Assembly: GCA_965223705.1 (NCBI GenBank)
Contig: OZ245015.1
Coordinates: forward strand, 1,888,001 to 1,952,000
Direction: 5' to 3'
Source: Myxococcota bacterium
GTDB lineage: Bacteria; Myxococcota_A; UBA9160; UBA6930
Length of the DNA stretch: 64,000 nt
Shown here: piece by piece, positions 1 through 9,487 of the stretch
How positions within the stretch are numbered: the stretch's first letter is position 1
Layout of the letters: every line of letters begins with the position of its first letter
Program-made: the position numbers and the translations under genes
Notes under the pieces: generated by a model
The model's database searches: none
What the model was told of the DNA's origin: nothing
The model's input: only the letters and a program-made list of their open reading frames with translations

Positions 1-640
1 CGTCCGCGATCAAGACGGGCCGGTGAGCGACTCCGCCGTCGAGCTCTACTGGAAGCGCTTCGAGCCGGATAGCTCCCGAGCCCTGCTGCGGTTTACGGAT
101 CCGCCGCGACGCGCCGGGGTCGGCGTGCTCCTCATCGAAACCGAGGAGCCCGAGCCGGAGATGTACCTCTACTTGCCCGAGCTTCGGCAGACGCGCCGGG
201 TGACCGGGAAAACCCTGGCCGGATCGATGCTCGGAACCGATTTCAGCTACGAGGATTTCGCTCATTTTCAGGGGATTGCCCTCGCGAGCGAAGTCGAGCG
301 CATCGAGGATCGAGATCTCGACGGTCGGGCCGCGTTCGTCCTTGAGACGACGCCCCTCGACGAGAACTCCGGCTACCAGCGGATCCTGACCTTCATCGAT
401 CGGGAACAGTGCATCCCTGTGCGGATGGAGTTCTTCGCCCGGAACGGCAACCTCCGCAAAGAGCTCGTCGTGCATCGCGACCAGATCCGAGAGATCGGCA
501 ACCGGTTCATTCCGCATCGAATCGTGATGTCCGATCTCAAACAGGGCAGTCACACCGAGCTTGTCGTCGTCGACGTCGAAGTCGATCCGAAGTTGCGAGA
601 TCGTTTCTTCGAGCCGTCCGAGCTCGAGATCGGTCGCTAG
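1..640 (+). CDS. Outer membrane lipoprotein-sorting (LolA-like) protein, probably 5'-truncated
   Basis: The frame is open to the window edge. It carries the F.DP...G..L, YLYLPELRQTRRV and GTDFSYED motifs typical of LolA-like proteins that accompany MMPL/RND genes. Confidence 0.8.
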   Translation, partial: VRDQDGPVSDSAVELYWKRFEPDSSRALLRFTDPPRRAGVGVLLIETEEPEPEMYLYLPELRQTRRVTGKTLAGSMLGTDFSYEDFAHFQGIALASEVERIEDRDLDGRAAFVLETTPLDENSGYQRILTFIDREQCIPVRMEFFARNGNLRKELVVHRDQIREIGNRFIPHRIVMSDLKQGSHTELVVVDVEVDPKLRDRFFEPSELEIGR

Positions 641-647
641 GCACCGA

Positions 648-3359
648 ATGTGGGGTCACGTGCTCTTCGGGCCGGCCCGGCGGCCGTGGCTCATCGGCGC
701 GTTCGTCCTCGGCTTGAGCGTCGTCGCAGCGCACACCTTGTTCGATTTCCCGTCGGGTCGGTTGCGCCTCCCGATCGACGCCTCCATCGAAGGGCTCTTG
801 CCGGCCGGTGATCCGGCTCTCGAGGTCTTCGAAGCCACGAAGGAAACGTTCGGCGACGACGATGTGCTGTTGATCGCGTGGTTCTCCGATGCGCTGTTTT
901 CGCCGTCGGTCCTCACCGCGCTGAAGACATTTCACGGCGAGCTCGTCGCGATGGATTTCGTCGAGGCGGTCGACAGCCTGGTGTCCGCCGAGCGTCTGAC
1001 GACCGATGACGAGCAGACGCACGTCGAATCGTTCTTGGCCGAGATTCCGGAAGATGGGAAGGCTGCGCAGGACCTCGCCGATGCGCTCCTCAGCGACCCG
1101 CTCTACCGCGGCCAGATCGTTTCGAACGACGGCACGGGGACACTTTTCGTGGTTCGCTTCGCGCCCGGTGGGAGCGACGAGCTCGAAGCGCGGGTAGCGG
1201 CGGTGGCCGCCTCGGCCGCCGAGGCGGCACCGCCCGGCACGCAGAGCTTCGCGTCGGGACCGGTCTTCGCGCGGATCGAGACGAACCGGCTGCTGTTCCG
1301 GGATCTCCGCCTGGTGCTCCCGCTCGCCGTCCTCGGCACGCTCCTCGTGGCCACGCTCGGGATGAGGTCGCTCCACGGTGTGCTCCTGCCGCTGCTGGCG
1401 AACGGTGTGTCGCTCCTCGTGACCCTCGCGATCTACGCGGCGTCGGGCTTCTCGCTGAACTTCGTCACCGTCGTCATGCCGCCCGTCGTCTTTGTCGTGG
1501 GCTTCGCGTACGCGGTCCACGTGGTAAGCGATTTCGATCGTCAGGTAGCGAACGGGCTCGTGGGACGGGAGGCGATCGAAGCGGGGCTCACGGGCGCGAT
1601 CCTGCCGCTCACCTTGACTGCGTTCACGACGGCCATCGGTTTCGCTTCACTCGCGGCGAGCGCCATCGAGTCGATCCGGTTGTTCGGCCTGTTCTCGGCG
1701 CTGGGAACCCTCCTGGCCTGGGTCGCTTCCTGGGTCGTCGTGCCCATCGGCTTGCGGGCGATCGGAGCAAGCTCCGGCAAACGGGTCGGCACGGGCCGAC
1801 TCTTGGCGCTCGCCCCCAAGCTCGCGCATTTCGACGTTCGCCACCGCGGCGCGATCGTGATCGCCGGCGGGCTCATCGCTCTGGTGAGCCTACTCGCATC
1901 GACGCGGATCGAGGTCAGCACGGATTTCCTCGGGAACTTTCCGGAAGACAGCGCCGTGAGGCGAGACTTCGAAAGACTTTCGGGGAGCTTCTCCGGCGCC
2001 GTGCCGATTCAGGTGCTTCTCCGCGCGGACCGCGCCGGTGCGCTCCTCGAGCCCGGCGTCCTGCGCCAGATCGCCGAGCTCGATCGCTGGCTCACGGAAC
2101 AACCGGAAATCGGCGGCGTCGCGTCCTTCGCGGATGCCGTCGCGCTTCTCTACCGCGGTTTTGCGCCGGGCATCCCCGAGGAGGAAGTCCCCGGGAGCGC
2201 CGGGCTCACCGAGCAGCTGCTGCTCCTGGGCGGAGGCGACGAGATCGCTCGCTTCGTCGACGCGCGCCACCGCGAGACACTGCTTCACGTCCGAAGTCGG
2301 GCCGTCGCGTCCGGCGACCTCGCCGCGTTGATTTCTCGCATCGAGCATCGCCTCGCGGAACTGGGGGGCGGCATCGAGGCGCACGTCACGGGAAGTTCGG
2401 TCCTGGTCGCGCGCACCATCGACGACATCACCCGCGGCCAGATGCGGAGCTTGCTCGGCGCGCTGCTCGTGATCTACGGGGTGCTCGCGACCCTGTTCGG
2501 CTCCTTCCGTATCGGAGCGCTGGCCCTGGTTCCCAACGCGTTGCCCATCCTGGTGTACTTCGGGCTCCTCGGCTTGTCGGGGATCACGCTCAACGCGACG
2601 ACCGGCCTCGTCGCCTCCATCGTCCTCGGCATCGCCGTCGACGACAGCATTCACTTTCTGTCGCGCTTCAACACCGAAGCGCGTCGCGTGGCGGACGAAA
2701 GAATCGGTGTCGAGCGGGCGCTCTCGACGGTGATCCGCCCGGTGACGTTCACGACCGCGGCGATGTGCCTGGGCTTCTTGGCCCTGCTCGCCAGCGAGCT
2801 CCGCAATCCGATGGATTTCGGAGTGCTCGCCGCGGCAACACTCGCGTTCGCCTGGTTGCTCGACTTGACGTTCACGCCCGCACTCGCGAGTCGTTTGAGG
2901 TTCGTCACCTTGTGGGAGGCGCTCACCGTCGACCTGGGCGCGGCGCCCCACCGCACGATCCCGCTCTTCTCCGGCTTGACGCACCGACAAGCGCGGGTCG
3001 CCGCACTGATGGGGACGATTCAGTCCTTCGACGGGGGGACGCGGGTGCTTCAGATCGGCGACGAGGGGAGTGAGATCTGCGTTGTGATCGACGGGGAGCT
3101 CGTCGCGACGCTCCCCCGCGAAGGAGGTGACCGCGTGCTTCGCCCGCTCGAGCGCGGCGACCTCATCGGCGAGGTGGCGTTGTTTCACGGGACGCGCACG
3201 GCCAATGTCGATGCGCGCACTCCGGTTCGGGTGCTGCGGCTCAACGACCGGTGTCTCGAGCGCCTGCAGGATCGCTATCCCCGAATCGCCGCCCAGCTGT
3301 ATCGGAACCTGGGAGATATTCTCGCGTCGCGGCTCGCCGACACGACGGGCCGGCTGTAG
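648..3359 (+). CDS. MMPL/RND family transporter with C-terminal cyclic nucleotide-binding domain
   Basis: Two repeats of TM + soluble domain + 5 TM, GIAVDDSIH motif, and a C-terminal GDLIGEVALFHGTRTANV cNMP cassette. ATG at 648 lies 7 bp after the upstream stop. Confidence 0.88.
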   Translation: MWGHVLFGPARRPWLIGAFVLGLSVVAAHTLFDFPSGRLRLPIDASIEGLLPAGDPALEVFEATKETFGDDDVLLIAWFSDALFSPSVLTALKTFHGELVAMDFVEAVDSLVSAERLTTDDEQTHVESFLAEIPEDGKAAQDLADALLSDPLYRGQIVSNDGTGTLFVVRFAPGGSDELEARVAAVAASAAEAAPPGTQSFASGPVFARIETNRLLFRDLRLVLPLAVLGTLLVATLGMRSLHGVLLPLLANGVSLLVTLAIYAASGFSLNFVTVVMPPVVFVVGFAYAVHVVSDFDRQVANGLVGREAIEAGLTGAILPLTLTAFTTAIGFASLAASAIESIRLFGLFSALGTLLAWVASWVVVPIGLRAIGASSGKRVGTGRLLALAPKLAHFDVRHRGAIVIAGGLIALVSLLASTRIEVSTDFLGNFPEDSAVRRDFERLSGSFSGAVPIQVLLRADRAGALLEPGVLRQIAELDRWLTEQPEIGGVASFADAVALLYRGFAPGIPEEEVPGSAGLTEQLLLLGGGDEIARFVDARHRETLLHVRSRAVASGDLAALISRIEHRLAELGGGIEAHVTGSSVLVARTIDDITRGQMRSLLGALLVIYGVLATLFGSFRIGALALVPNALPILVYFGLLGLSGITLNATTGLVASIVLGIAVDDSIHFLSRFNTEARRVADERIGVERALSTVIRPVTFTTAAMCLGFLALLASELRNPMDFGVLAAATLAFAWLLDLTFTPALASRLRFVTLWEALTVDLGAAPHRTIPLFSGLTHRQARVAALMGTIQSFDGGTRVLQIGDEGSEICVVIDGELVATLPREGGDRVLRPLERGDLIGEVALFHGTRTANVDARTPVRVLRLNDRCLERLQDRYPRIAAQLYRNLGDILASRLADTTGRL

Positions 3360-3373
3360 CCCGCGAGCAGCGG

Positions 3374-3886
3374 CTAGGGGATTCGCCCCTTTTCCATCGC
3401 TTTTCGATAGGAGCAGTCCGCGGGCGAGCGGCACTCGGCATAGATCTCGTGCCGGTGGTCGCGGATCGTGAGCCCATGAGCGGCGGCGACCTCGCGCTGT
3501 CGCGCCTCGATCGCCTCGTCTTCGAACTCGAAAATCTGTCCGCAGGTGGTGCAGATCAGATGGTCGTGATGGGCGCCGAGATCCGCGAGTTCGTAGCGCG
3601 CCTGGCCGTCCGTGAAATGGCGCTCCTCGGCGACCGAGGCGTCCACCAGTAAACGCAGCGTTCGATATACCGTGGTGAGGCCAACACTTGGATCGAGTTT
3701 CTTAACGTTGTCTGTGAGCTCTTGGACGGTGAGGTGGCCGTTCGATTCCAAGAACACGTTGAGCACGAGGTCCCGTTGCCGCGTGTGCTTCAGCCCTTCA
3801 CCTTCCATGTGCCGAGCGAGGAGCGAGCGCGCGCGCTCCGCGCGGGCGACTGCCGCGCGGCTTCGTTCGCTGTCGCTGTTCTCCAC
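3374..3886 (-). CDS. fur: Fur family transcriptional regulator (start uncertain)
   Basis: TRQR, GLTTVYRTL and HHDHLICTTCG motifs, plus a C-terminal Cys pair. Confidence 0.88.
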   Translation of the reverse strand: MENSDSERSRAAVARAERARSLLARHMEGEGLKHTRQRDLVLNVFLESNGHLTVQELTDNVKKLDPSVGLTTVYRTLRLLVDASVAEERHFTDGQARYELADLGAHHDHLICTTCGQIFEFEDEAIEARQREVAAAHGLTIRDHRHEIYAECRSPADCSYRKAMEKGRIP

Positions 3887-3961
3887 CCGAACCCCCTCGC
3901 AGACCTCCCGGCAATGAAATCCCAGAATGGGATCGCTTGCCAACTCATCGCCTGCACGGGG

Positions 3962-4912
3962 CTACCGGACGGTGACTCCGAGCGCCTCGAGGGTTCGCAA
4001 GGTCAGCGTTCCCACCGGTAGCCCTTGCGCCGTCTGGAACGACTCGACCGCGTGCGCCGTCTCTCGCCCGTACACCCCGTCGATCTCACCGGGGCTGTGT
4101 CCGGCGTTTCGCAGGGCGCGTTGGACCTGGGTCACGGTTGCGGCGGACATGTTGGTCTCGCAGAGAATCTCCCGCCATTCCATCGCCCCGTCCCGAACGA
4201 GCTTCCGTTGGCTGACGGTCGCGTATTCGGCCGGTACCTCGACCTTCTCCTCCCGGGAGGGCTCGACCATCTTTCGGACCTTCACGGTCTTGTACTCGGC
4301 GGGAATCGGCACGCGGCGCGTGGTCGCAGGTCGCTTGAGCACGCGTTTCCGCACGGTGTCGTATTTCGCCGGCTGGATCACTTCGCGCGTTGACTCCGGC
4401 GTCTTCAGGACGCGGCGCCGGACGGTTTTGTACTCCGCGGGGACCTCCACGAGGCACATGATCTCGCCGGTCGCGTTGTCGACGCGTTGAATGGGGCCCG
4501 TCCCTTTTTTCCAGACCGTGTGGGCGGGTTTCACGAGGACTTGCTCCTCGATCCATTCAAACTGCGCGGGGACTTTCTCGAGCGTGGCCATTTCCGGAGA
4601 CACCAGCACTTGCTGAGATTCCCACGCGTAGACCGGCGGGACGACTTCGATTTTCTCTGAAGCCTCCTTTACGAGAACTTCTTCTTCGACCCAGGCGTAT
4701 TTCGGCGGAATCACTTCGATGCGCGACGACGCTTCTCGCGTAATCACCTGGCGGTTCTCCGTTTCGTACTGCGGCGGGACGAACACACGCGCGTAGCAAT
4801 GTCCGGGCTGCGCATTCGGCGGGAGGAACTCTTCCGAGGCGCGGGTTGCCGGGGAGGTGGTCAAGATGGTCACCGCAGCGGCCACGGCGGCGACGAAACG
4901 GGGGATGGACAT
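3962..4912 (-). CDS. Secreted repeat protein with C-terminal peptidoglycan-binding (PG_binding_1-like) domain
   Basis: Signal peptide, 23-aa P-x-x-Y...VL repeats, C-terminal VQRAL...G.IDGVYG.ET..AV..FQ..GL, and a GAGGAG RBS upstream. Confidence 0.82.
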   Translation of the reverse strand: MSIPRFVAAVAAAVTILTTSPATRASEEFLPPNAQPGHCYARVFVPPQYETENRQVITREASSRIEVIPPKYAWVEEEVLVKEASEKIEVVPPVYAWESQQVLVSPEMATLEKVPAQFEWIEEQVLVKPAHTVWKKGTGPIQRVDNATGEIMCLVEVPAEYKTVRRRVLKTPESTREVIQPAKYDTVRKRVLKRPATTRRVPIPAEYKTVKVRKMVEPSREEKVEVPAEYATVSQRKLVRDGAMEWREILCETNMSAATVTQVQRALRNAGHSPGEIDGVYGRETAHAVESFQTAQGLPVGTLTLRTLEALGVTVR

Positions 4913-5042
4913 CGAGCACGGCTCCTCGTTCAATCAGAAAGCGAACGGCGTTTTGTCTGCGAGTCTTCGCATGCTGCCCGGAGCGGCGAAACCATTTCAA
5001 GCGTTTCGATGCAGGCCCACAGGCGTTTTCGAAAAAGGCAAG

Positions 5043-5076
5043 AAAAAGCCCCTCAACCGCAATGGCGTTGAGGGGC
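5043..5076 (-). terminator. Intrinsic terminator after the sigma/anti-sigma operon
   Basis: Perfect 10-bp stem GCCCCTCAAC/GTTGAGGGGC (5048-5057/5067-5076), followed on the minus strand by a T5 run. Confidence 0.75.
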
Positions 5077-5103
5077 CTTCGCTACTCCGCTTTCCAAGGG
5101 CGT

Positions 5104-5961
5104 TCAGCGGTTGCTCTCGAAAACAACCGGTCCGTGAGGTTGGCTTCGCCACTTCTCCCACGGCTCTACCGTGACCATCAGATCTTTCGCGCGCGAAAGC
5201 GCGCGATCGGCGTAGGTGTGGAAACTCGCGTTTCCCGACGTGTCCGCGTCGAAGCTCCCGAGGTTCACGACGTCGCCGTCTTCCGTGCGCAGCCAGAGGA
5301 CGTAGACGCGACTCGGCCCGACCCGATCGACGCCGGTCGCCTCCAAGTAGCAGTTGAGGCCCTCGCGCAGGCAGACGATCGAGCCGATCGGCCGCCCGTC
5401 TCGGTCGCGCACGAGCCACGGATCGCGGTCGTGGAGCTCGTGGACCGCGGGCGCTGCGCGTCGGTCGTGTGCGAGCGCGACGTCGGGGTCGCCCGAGAGG
5501 CGACGCACTTCCGCCTCGCTGTGGGCCAGCGCCGCTTGGTAGCGGCGCTCCAAGGACCGGACTTTCTGTTTCGGCTCGTTCCACGGCGGCGTCACCCAAT
5601 ACGTGGACGAGAAGCCGACGCCCGTCGCCACGACTAGACTCGCCGCGACCGCCAACCGGCGCAGCAACCTGCGCCGACGGGGATTCCCGAGGCGGAACCG
5701 AGCCGTCTCGAGCGCGGGTCGACTCGCGTCGGCGACGACGCGAGCCATCAGTCGTCCCCGCACCGCCGCGGGCGGTTCTTCCGCGGGAAGCGCCAAGCAA
5801 AGCTCCGCCGTGAGCCGCTCTTCGCGCGCGAGACGCGCACGACACGTCGCGCAGGTCGCGATGTGTTGCTCCATCTTGTCGGCGACATCTTCCTCGAGCG
5901 AACCCGTCAACCACAGGAAGATGTCTTCAGCGGTGAAATCGCAAGACCGGTTGTCGCTCAT
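5104..5961 (-). CDS. Anti-sigma factor (zf-HC2 + TM + RskA-like C-terminal domain)
   Basis: HIATCATC zinc motif, a single TM, and a C-terminal YVLWL...LGSF...VTVEP...P.GP. ATGA overlap with the sigma gene. Confidence 0.85.
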   Translation of the reverse strand: MSDNRSCDFTAEDIFLWLTGSLEEDVADKMEQHIATCATCRARLAREERLTAELCLALPAEEPPAAVRGRLMARVVADASRPALETARFRLGNPRRRRLLRRLAVAASLVVATGVGFSSTYWVTPPWNEPKQKVRSLERRYQAALAHSEAEVRRLSGDPDVALAHDRRAAPAVHELHDRDPWLVRDRDGRPIGSIVCLREGLNCYLEATGVDRVGPSRVYVLWLRTEDGDVVNLGSFDADTSGNASFHTYADRALSRAKDLMVTVEPWEKWRSQPHGPVVFESNR

Positions 5962-6590
5962 CGGCGTGACTCCAAGTGTTCGAACTCCGGCAAGCCGTCG
6001 AGGATCGTCCGCAACGCGAGCAAGCCGCGCCGGATTCGCGTCTTCACCGTGCCCAACGGCTCGCCCAGGCGTTCGGCGATCTCCTTGTGGGTCAGGCCGC
6101 CGAAGAACGCCATCGTGATCGCGCGGCGATGCGCTTCGGACAGCTGCTCGAGACCGGCGTTCAACTTCGCCCGACGTTCGTACGCGAGGACACCGCCCAA
6201 AGGATCGGGTTGGGTCGGGGCGAGCGCGCGATCCCAATGCGCCTCGTCGACTTCCTCGCACCACACCGCCGCACGCCGCCTTCGGAAACGCAACCGATCA
6301 ATGGCGCGGCTCCGAGCCAGGGTCATGAGGTAGGTCAGCGGCGTTGCGCGCGTCGCGTCGTAGCGCTTTCGATGCTGCCAGAGTTGCCAGAAGACCTCTT
6401 CCAGCAGCTCTTCCGCTTCTCCTCGGTCGCCGAGGATTCGCGTGCAGAGGCCGAACACGGAAGCGCTGTGGCGCCGGTAGAACTCCTCGAGAGCGGCCGC
6501 GTCGTTCTGCGATACCCGCACCATCAGGGCTTCATCCGTGGCTCGGACCGGCACACGGGCTCGAGGATGCTCGCTCGGGGTCTCTCTCAT
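5958..6590 (-). CDS. ECF sigma factor (SigK-like)
   Basis: Region 2 (AEELLEEVFWQLW, ARSRAIDRLR) and region 4 (GLTHKEIAERLGEPLGTVKTRIRRGL). Confidence 0.92.
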   Translation of the reverse strand: MRETPSEHPRARVPVRATDEALMVRVSQNDAAALEEFYRRHSASVFGLCTRILGDRGEAEELLEEVFWQLWQHRKRYDATRATPLTYLMTLARSRAIDRLRFRRRRAAVWCEEVDEAHWDRALAPTQPDPLGGVLAYERRAKLNAGLEQLSEAHRRAITMAFFGGLTHKEIAERLGEPLGTVKTRIRRGLLALRTILDGLPEFEHLESRR

Positions 6591-6645
6591 CGGCCTCTAC
6601 TGGATAGTACGACGCCTCGAGACGATCAGATGTTTCCCCGAGGGG

Positions 6646-7440
6646 CTAGGCGTTCGCGCCCATCCGGTAGATCGCCCGGTGGAGTACGCGCATCACCGGG
6701 CGGTCCCCGGTCAGGATGGCAATGTCGAAATCCGCGTAGTCGTTCCCCTTGCGCTCGTAGAGCTTCCCGGCCTGGGCCCGCACGGAATAGGGGGCCCCGA
6801 GAGGGAGGGGCTCGAGAAGGTCGAGGTCACTCGCCGTGTGGATCCAAGGGCCCACGTCGAGATTCCGATCGATCACGATGTTGGCTTGCCGGAGCAGCCA
6901 TGCGGGGTGCACGAACTTCCGGAAGAGCGGAAGCGCGTCACCCAATTGCCGGTTGAGCGCCGCGAGTCGCTCCGTCGTCGCTTCGCCGTGAAGGGTTCCA
7001 AGCAGAGGCCGGGCGGCGAGCTCTTCGGGCGTCGCGGGACGCCGAACGTCGGGCAGCGGTGCTTCTTCGGGAAGCTCCACCGCATCGCGCCGCGGGAGGG
7101 GGTGTTGTCCTTCGCCGGTCGCGCAGACATCGCCCTCCTCGTTCGCGACGGAGACCTCGAAGCGGTCGCCTTCGAGCGGAGACGCGCTCGCCGAGACGTG
7201 CTGACCTTCGTAAACCGGGCGGCGCAGCCGGAGCGAGAACCGCCCATTCGCGAGAAACCGCTCTCCGAAGCGTTCCGCCACGGGCTGCAGTGCGAAGGCG
7301 AACACGGTGACGCCGGGCACCAGAGCGCCGCTGTACCCGAGGCGTTTCGCGGTCGCGTCGTCGTGGATCGCGTTGCGGCTGTCGGCCGCATCATTTTCCG
7401 CGCGGACGCGGAAGGTCGGAAAAACCTCTGTACTCGACAT
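6646..7440 (-). CDS. Double hotdog-fold (MaoC-like) protein
   Basis: NAIHDD..AKRLG..GALVPG hydratase-2-like motif and a second half containing PWIH. Confidence 0.7.
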   Translation of the reverse strand: MSSTEVFPTFRVRAENDAADSRNAIHDDATAKRLGYSGALVPGVTVFAFALQPVAERFGERFLANGRFSLRLRRPVYEGQHVSASASPLEGDRFEVSVANEEGDVCATGEGQHPLPRRDAVELPEEAPLPDVRRPATPEELAARPLLGTLHGEATTERLAALNRQLGDALPLFRKFVHPAWLLRQANIVIDRNLDVGPWIHTASDLDLLEPLPLGAPYSVRAQAGKLYERKGNDYADFDIAILTGDRPVMRVLHRAIYRMGANA

Positions 7441-7457
7441 GGATCCCTCGATCGGCC

Positions 7458-8228
7458 TCAGGGCGCCGTGTAACCCCCGTCGACCGGCATGGCCGTACCG
7501 GTGACGAACGACGAATCATCCGAAAGCAGGAATACCGTAGCCGCGGCGATTTCCTCGGGTTTCCCCAAGCGCCCGAGGGGTTCCAGCTGCGTCAGCTGTT
7601 CTCGCGCGACGGGACCCTCCCGCGTGAACTGCTCGATCATGGGGGTGTCGATGACGCCGGGGCACACCGCGTTGACTCGTATTCCCTTCCGCGCGTATTC
7701 GAGCGCCGCCGTGCGCGTCAGGCCCACGACGCCGTGTTTGGCAGCCGAGTAGACAGGCGTGCCGGCGGCGCCGACGAGCCCTGCGACCGACGCTGTGTTC
7801 ACGATCGCGCCGCCTCCGGCGTCGAGCATGGCGCGGATCTCTTCCTTCATGCACAGCCAGACACCTTTCAGGTTGATGGCCATGATGCGGTCGAAGTTGT
7901 CTTCGCTGCACCGCGCCGTGATCGCCGTATCCCCGCTGATCCCGGCGTTGTTGAAGGCGCCATCGAGCGCACCGAATCGCTCGACGGTCGAGAGGACGAG
8001 CTGCTTGACGGAAGCCGCATCGGACACATCGGTCGGGATGTAATGCGCCTCACCGCCGGCATCTGCGATCGCACGAACGGTCTGTCCGGCCGCCTCATCC
8101 GCGACGTCGGCGACGACCACGCGCGCACCGCGTTCCGCCGCGAGCTGTGCCGTTGCGCGTCCGATTCCGGTCGCGGCGCCCGTGATGAGAATCGTCTTTC
8201 CGTCGAGACGGCTCGCGGATGTCGGCAT
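7458..8228 (-). CDS. Short-chain dehydrogenase/reductase
   Basis: TGAATGIG, NNAG, YSAAKHG and NAVCPG motifs. Confidence 0.92.
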   Translation of the reverse strand: MPTSASRLDGKTILITGAATGIGRATAQLAAERGARVVVADVADEAAGQTVRAIADAGGEAHYIPTDVSDAASVKQLVLSTVERFGALDGAFNNAGISGDTAITARCSEDNFDRIMAINLKGVWLCMKEEIRAMLDAGGGAIVNTASVAGLVGAAGTPVYSAAKHGVVGLTRTAALEYARKGIRVNAVCPGVIDTPMIEQFTREGPVAREQLTQLEPLGRLGKPEEIAAATVFLLSDDSSFVTGTAMPVDGGYTAP

Positions 8229-8334
8229 GGTCCGTCGATCTCCGAGAGACGTGATATAGCAGACCGTTCGGTCCGTCGGGGTACCGCGCGGAACGCGCAT
8301 TCGAGATACTCTCGTCTAACCGGACAGAGGAGTG

Positions 8335-9474
8335 ATGGGTTTGGATAGCAACCGTGCTGTCGATCGCGCGTCGATTGGGGAGCGGCCGACGATCCGCGTG
8401 GGAATCGTGGGCGTCGGAAACTGCGCGAGTGCGCTGCTCCAGGGCATTGAATACTACCGGCGTCGCTCGGACGCTTCGGCCGAGGGCCTCATGCATTGGG
8501 AGATCGGAGGGTACCGGCCGGGAGACCTCGAGGTTTCGATCGCGTTCGATATCGACGTACGCAAGGTGGGCAAGGACGTCTCGGAAGCGATCTTCGAGGA
8601 CCCGAACTGTACGGCGGTCTTCTGCTCCGATCTGCCGAAGAGCGGCACCGTCGTTCGGATGGGACGACGACTCGACGGCGTTTCGCAGCACATGCTCGAC
8701 TACCGCGAGGACCGATCGTTCCAGCCTTCGGATGATCCCGAGCCGGATCACGGCGCGGTCGTCGGTGCACTGCAAAGCACGGGCACCCAGGTGCTGGTGA
8801 ACTACCTGCCCGTCGGTTCAGAGGAGGCGACGCGGTTCTACGCGGAGTGCGCGCTCGAAGCCGGCGTGGCTTTCGTGAACTGCATCCCGGTTTTTATCGC
8901 CAGCGATCCCGCGTTCTCCGAACGCTTTCGCGAAGCCGGGGTCCCGATCGTCGGAGACGACATCAAGGCGCAACTGGGGGCGACCATCACCCACCGAGCG
9001 TTGACCGATCTCTTCCGGCGGCGGGGCGTGTCCCTCGATCGGACGTACCAACTGAACACGGGCGGCAACACGGATTTCCTCAACATGCTGAATCGCGACC
9101 GGCTGGCGTCGAAGAAACGCTCGAAGACCGAGGCCGTGCAGTCCGTCGCAGCTTCGAGGATGGACGACACCGACATCCACGTCGGCCCGAGTGACTACGT
9201 GGCCTGGCAGAACGACAACAAGGTCTGCTTCATCCGTATGGAGGGGCGGCTCTTCGGAGACGTCCCGATGAACCTCGAACTTCGTCTCTCCGTCGAGGAT
9301 TCCCCGAACTCCGCGGGCGTGAGTATCGACGCGATTCGCTGCGCGAAGCTCGCCAGCGACCGCGGGATCGGCGGCGTGCTCGAAGGACCGTCCGCTTTCT
9401 TCATGAAGCATCCGCCGCGCCAGCTGCTCGATGACCAGGCCTACGACGAGACCGAAGCGTTCGTCCGCGGTTGA
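8335..9474 (+). CDS. ino1: myo-Inositol-1-phosphate synthase
   Basis: GVGNCAS, NYLPVGS, GDDIKAQLGAT, YQLNTGGNTDFLNM and DSPNSAG motifs. Confidence 0.95.
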   Translation: MGLDSNRAVDRASIGERPTIRVGIVGVGNCASALLQGIEYYRRRSDASAEGLMHWEIGGYRPGDLEVSIAFDIDVRKVGKDVSEAIFEDPNCTAVFCSDLPKSGTVVRMGRRLDGVSQHMLDYREDRSFQPSDDPEPDHGAVVGALQSTGTQVLVNYLPVGSEEATRFYAECALEAGVAFVNCIPVFIASDPAFSERFREAGVPIVGDDIKAQLGATITHRALTDLFRRRGVSLDRTYQLNTGGNTDFLNMLNRDRLASKKRSKTEAVQSVAASRMDDTDIHVGPSDYVAWQNDNKVCFIRMEGRLFGDVPMNLELRLSVEDSPNSAGVSIDAIRCAKLASDRGIGGVLEGPSAFFMKHPPRQLLDDQAYDETEAFVRG

Positions 9475-9487
9475 ACCGCCCGTCCCC

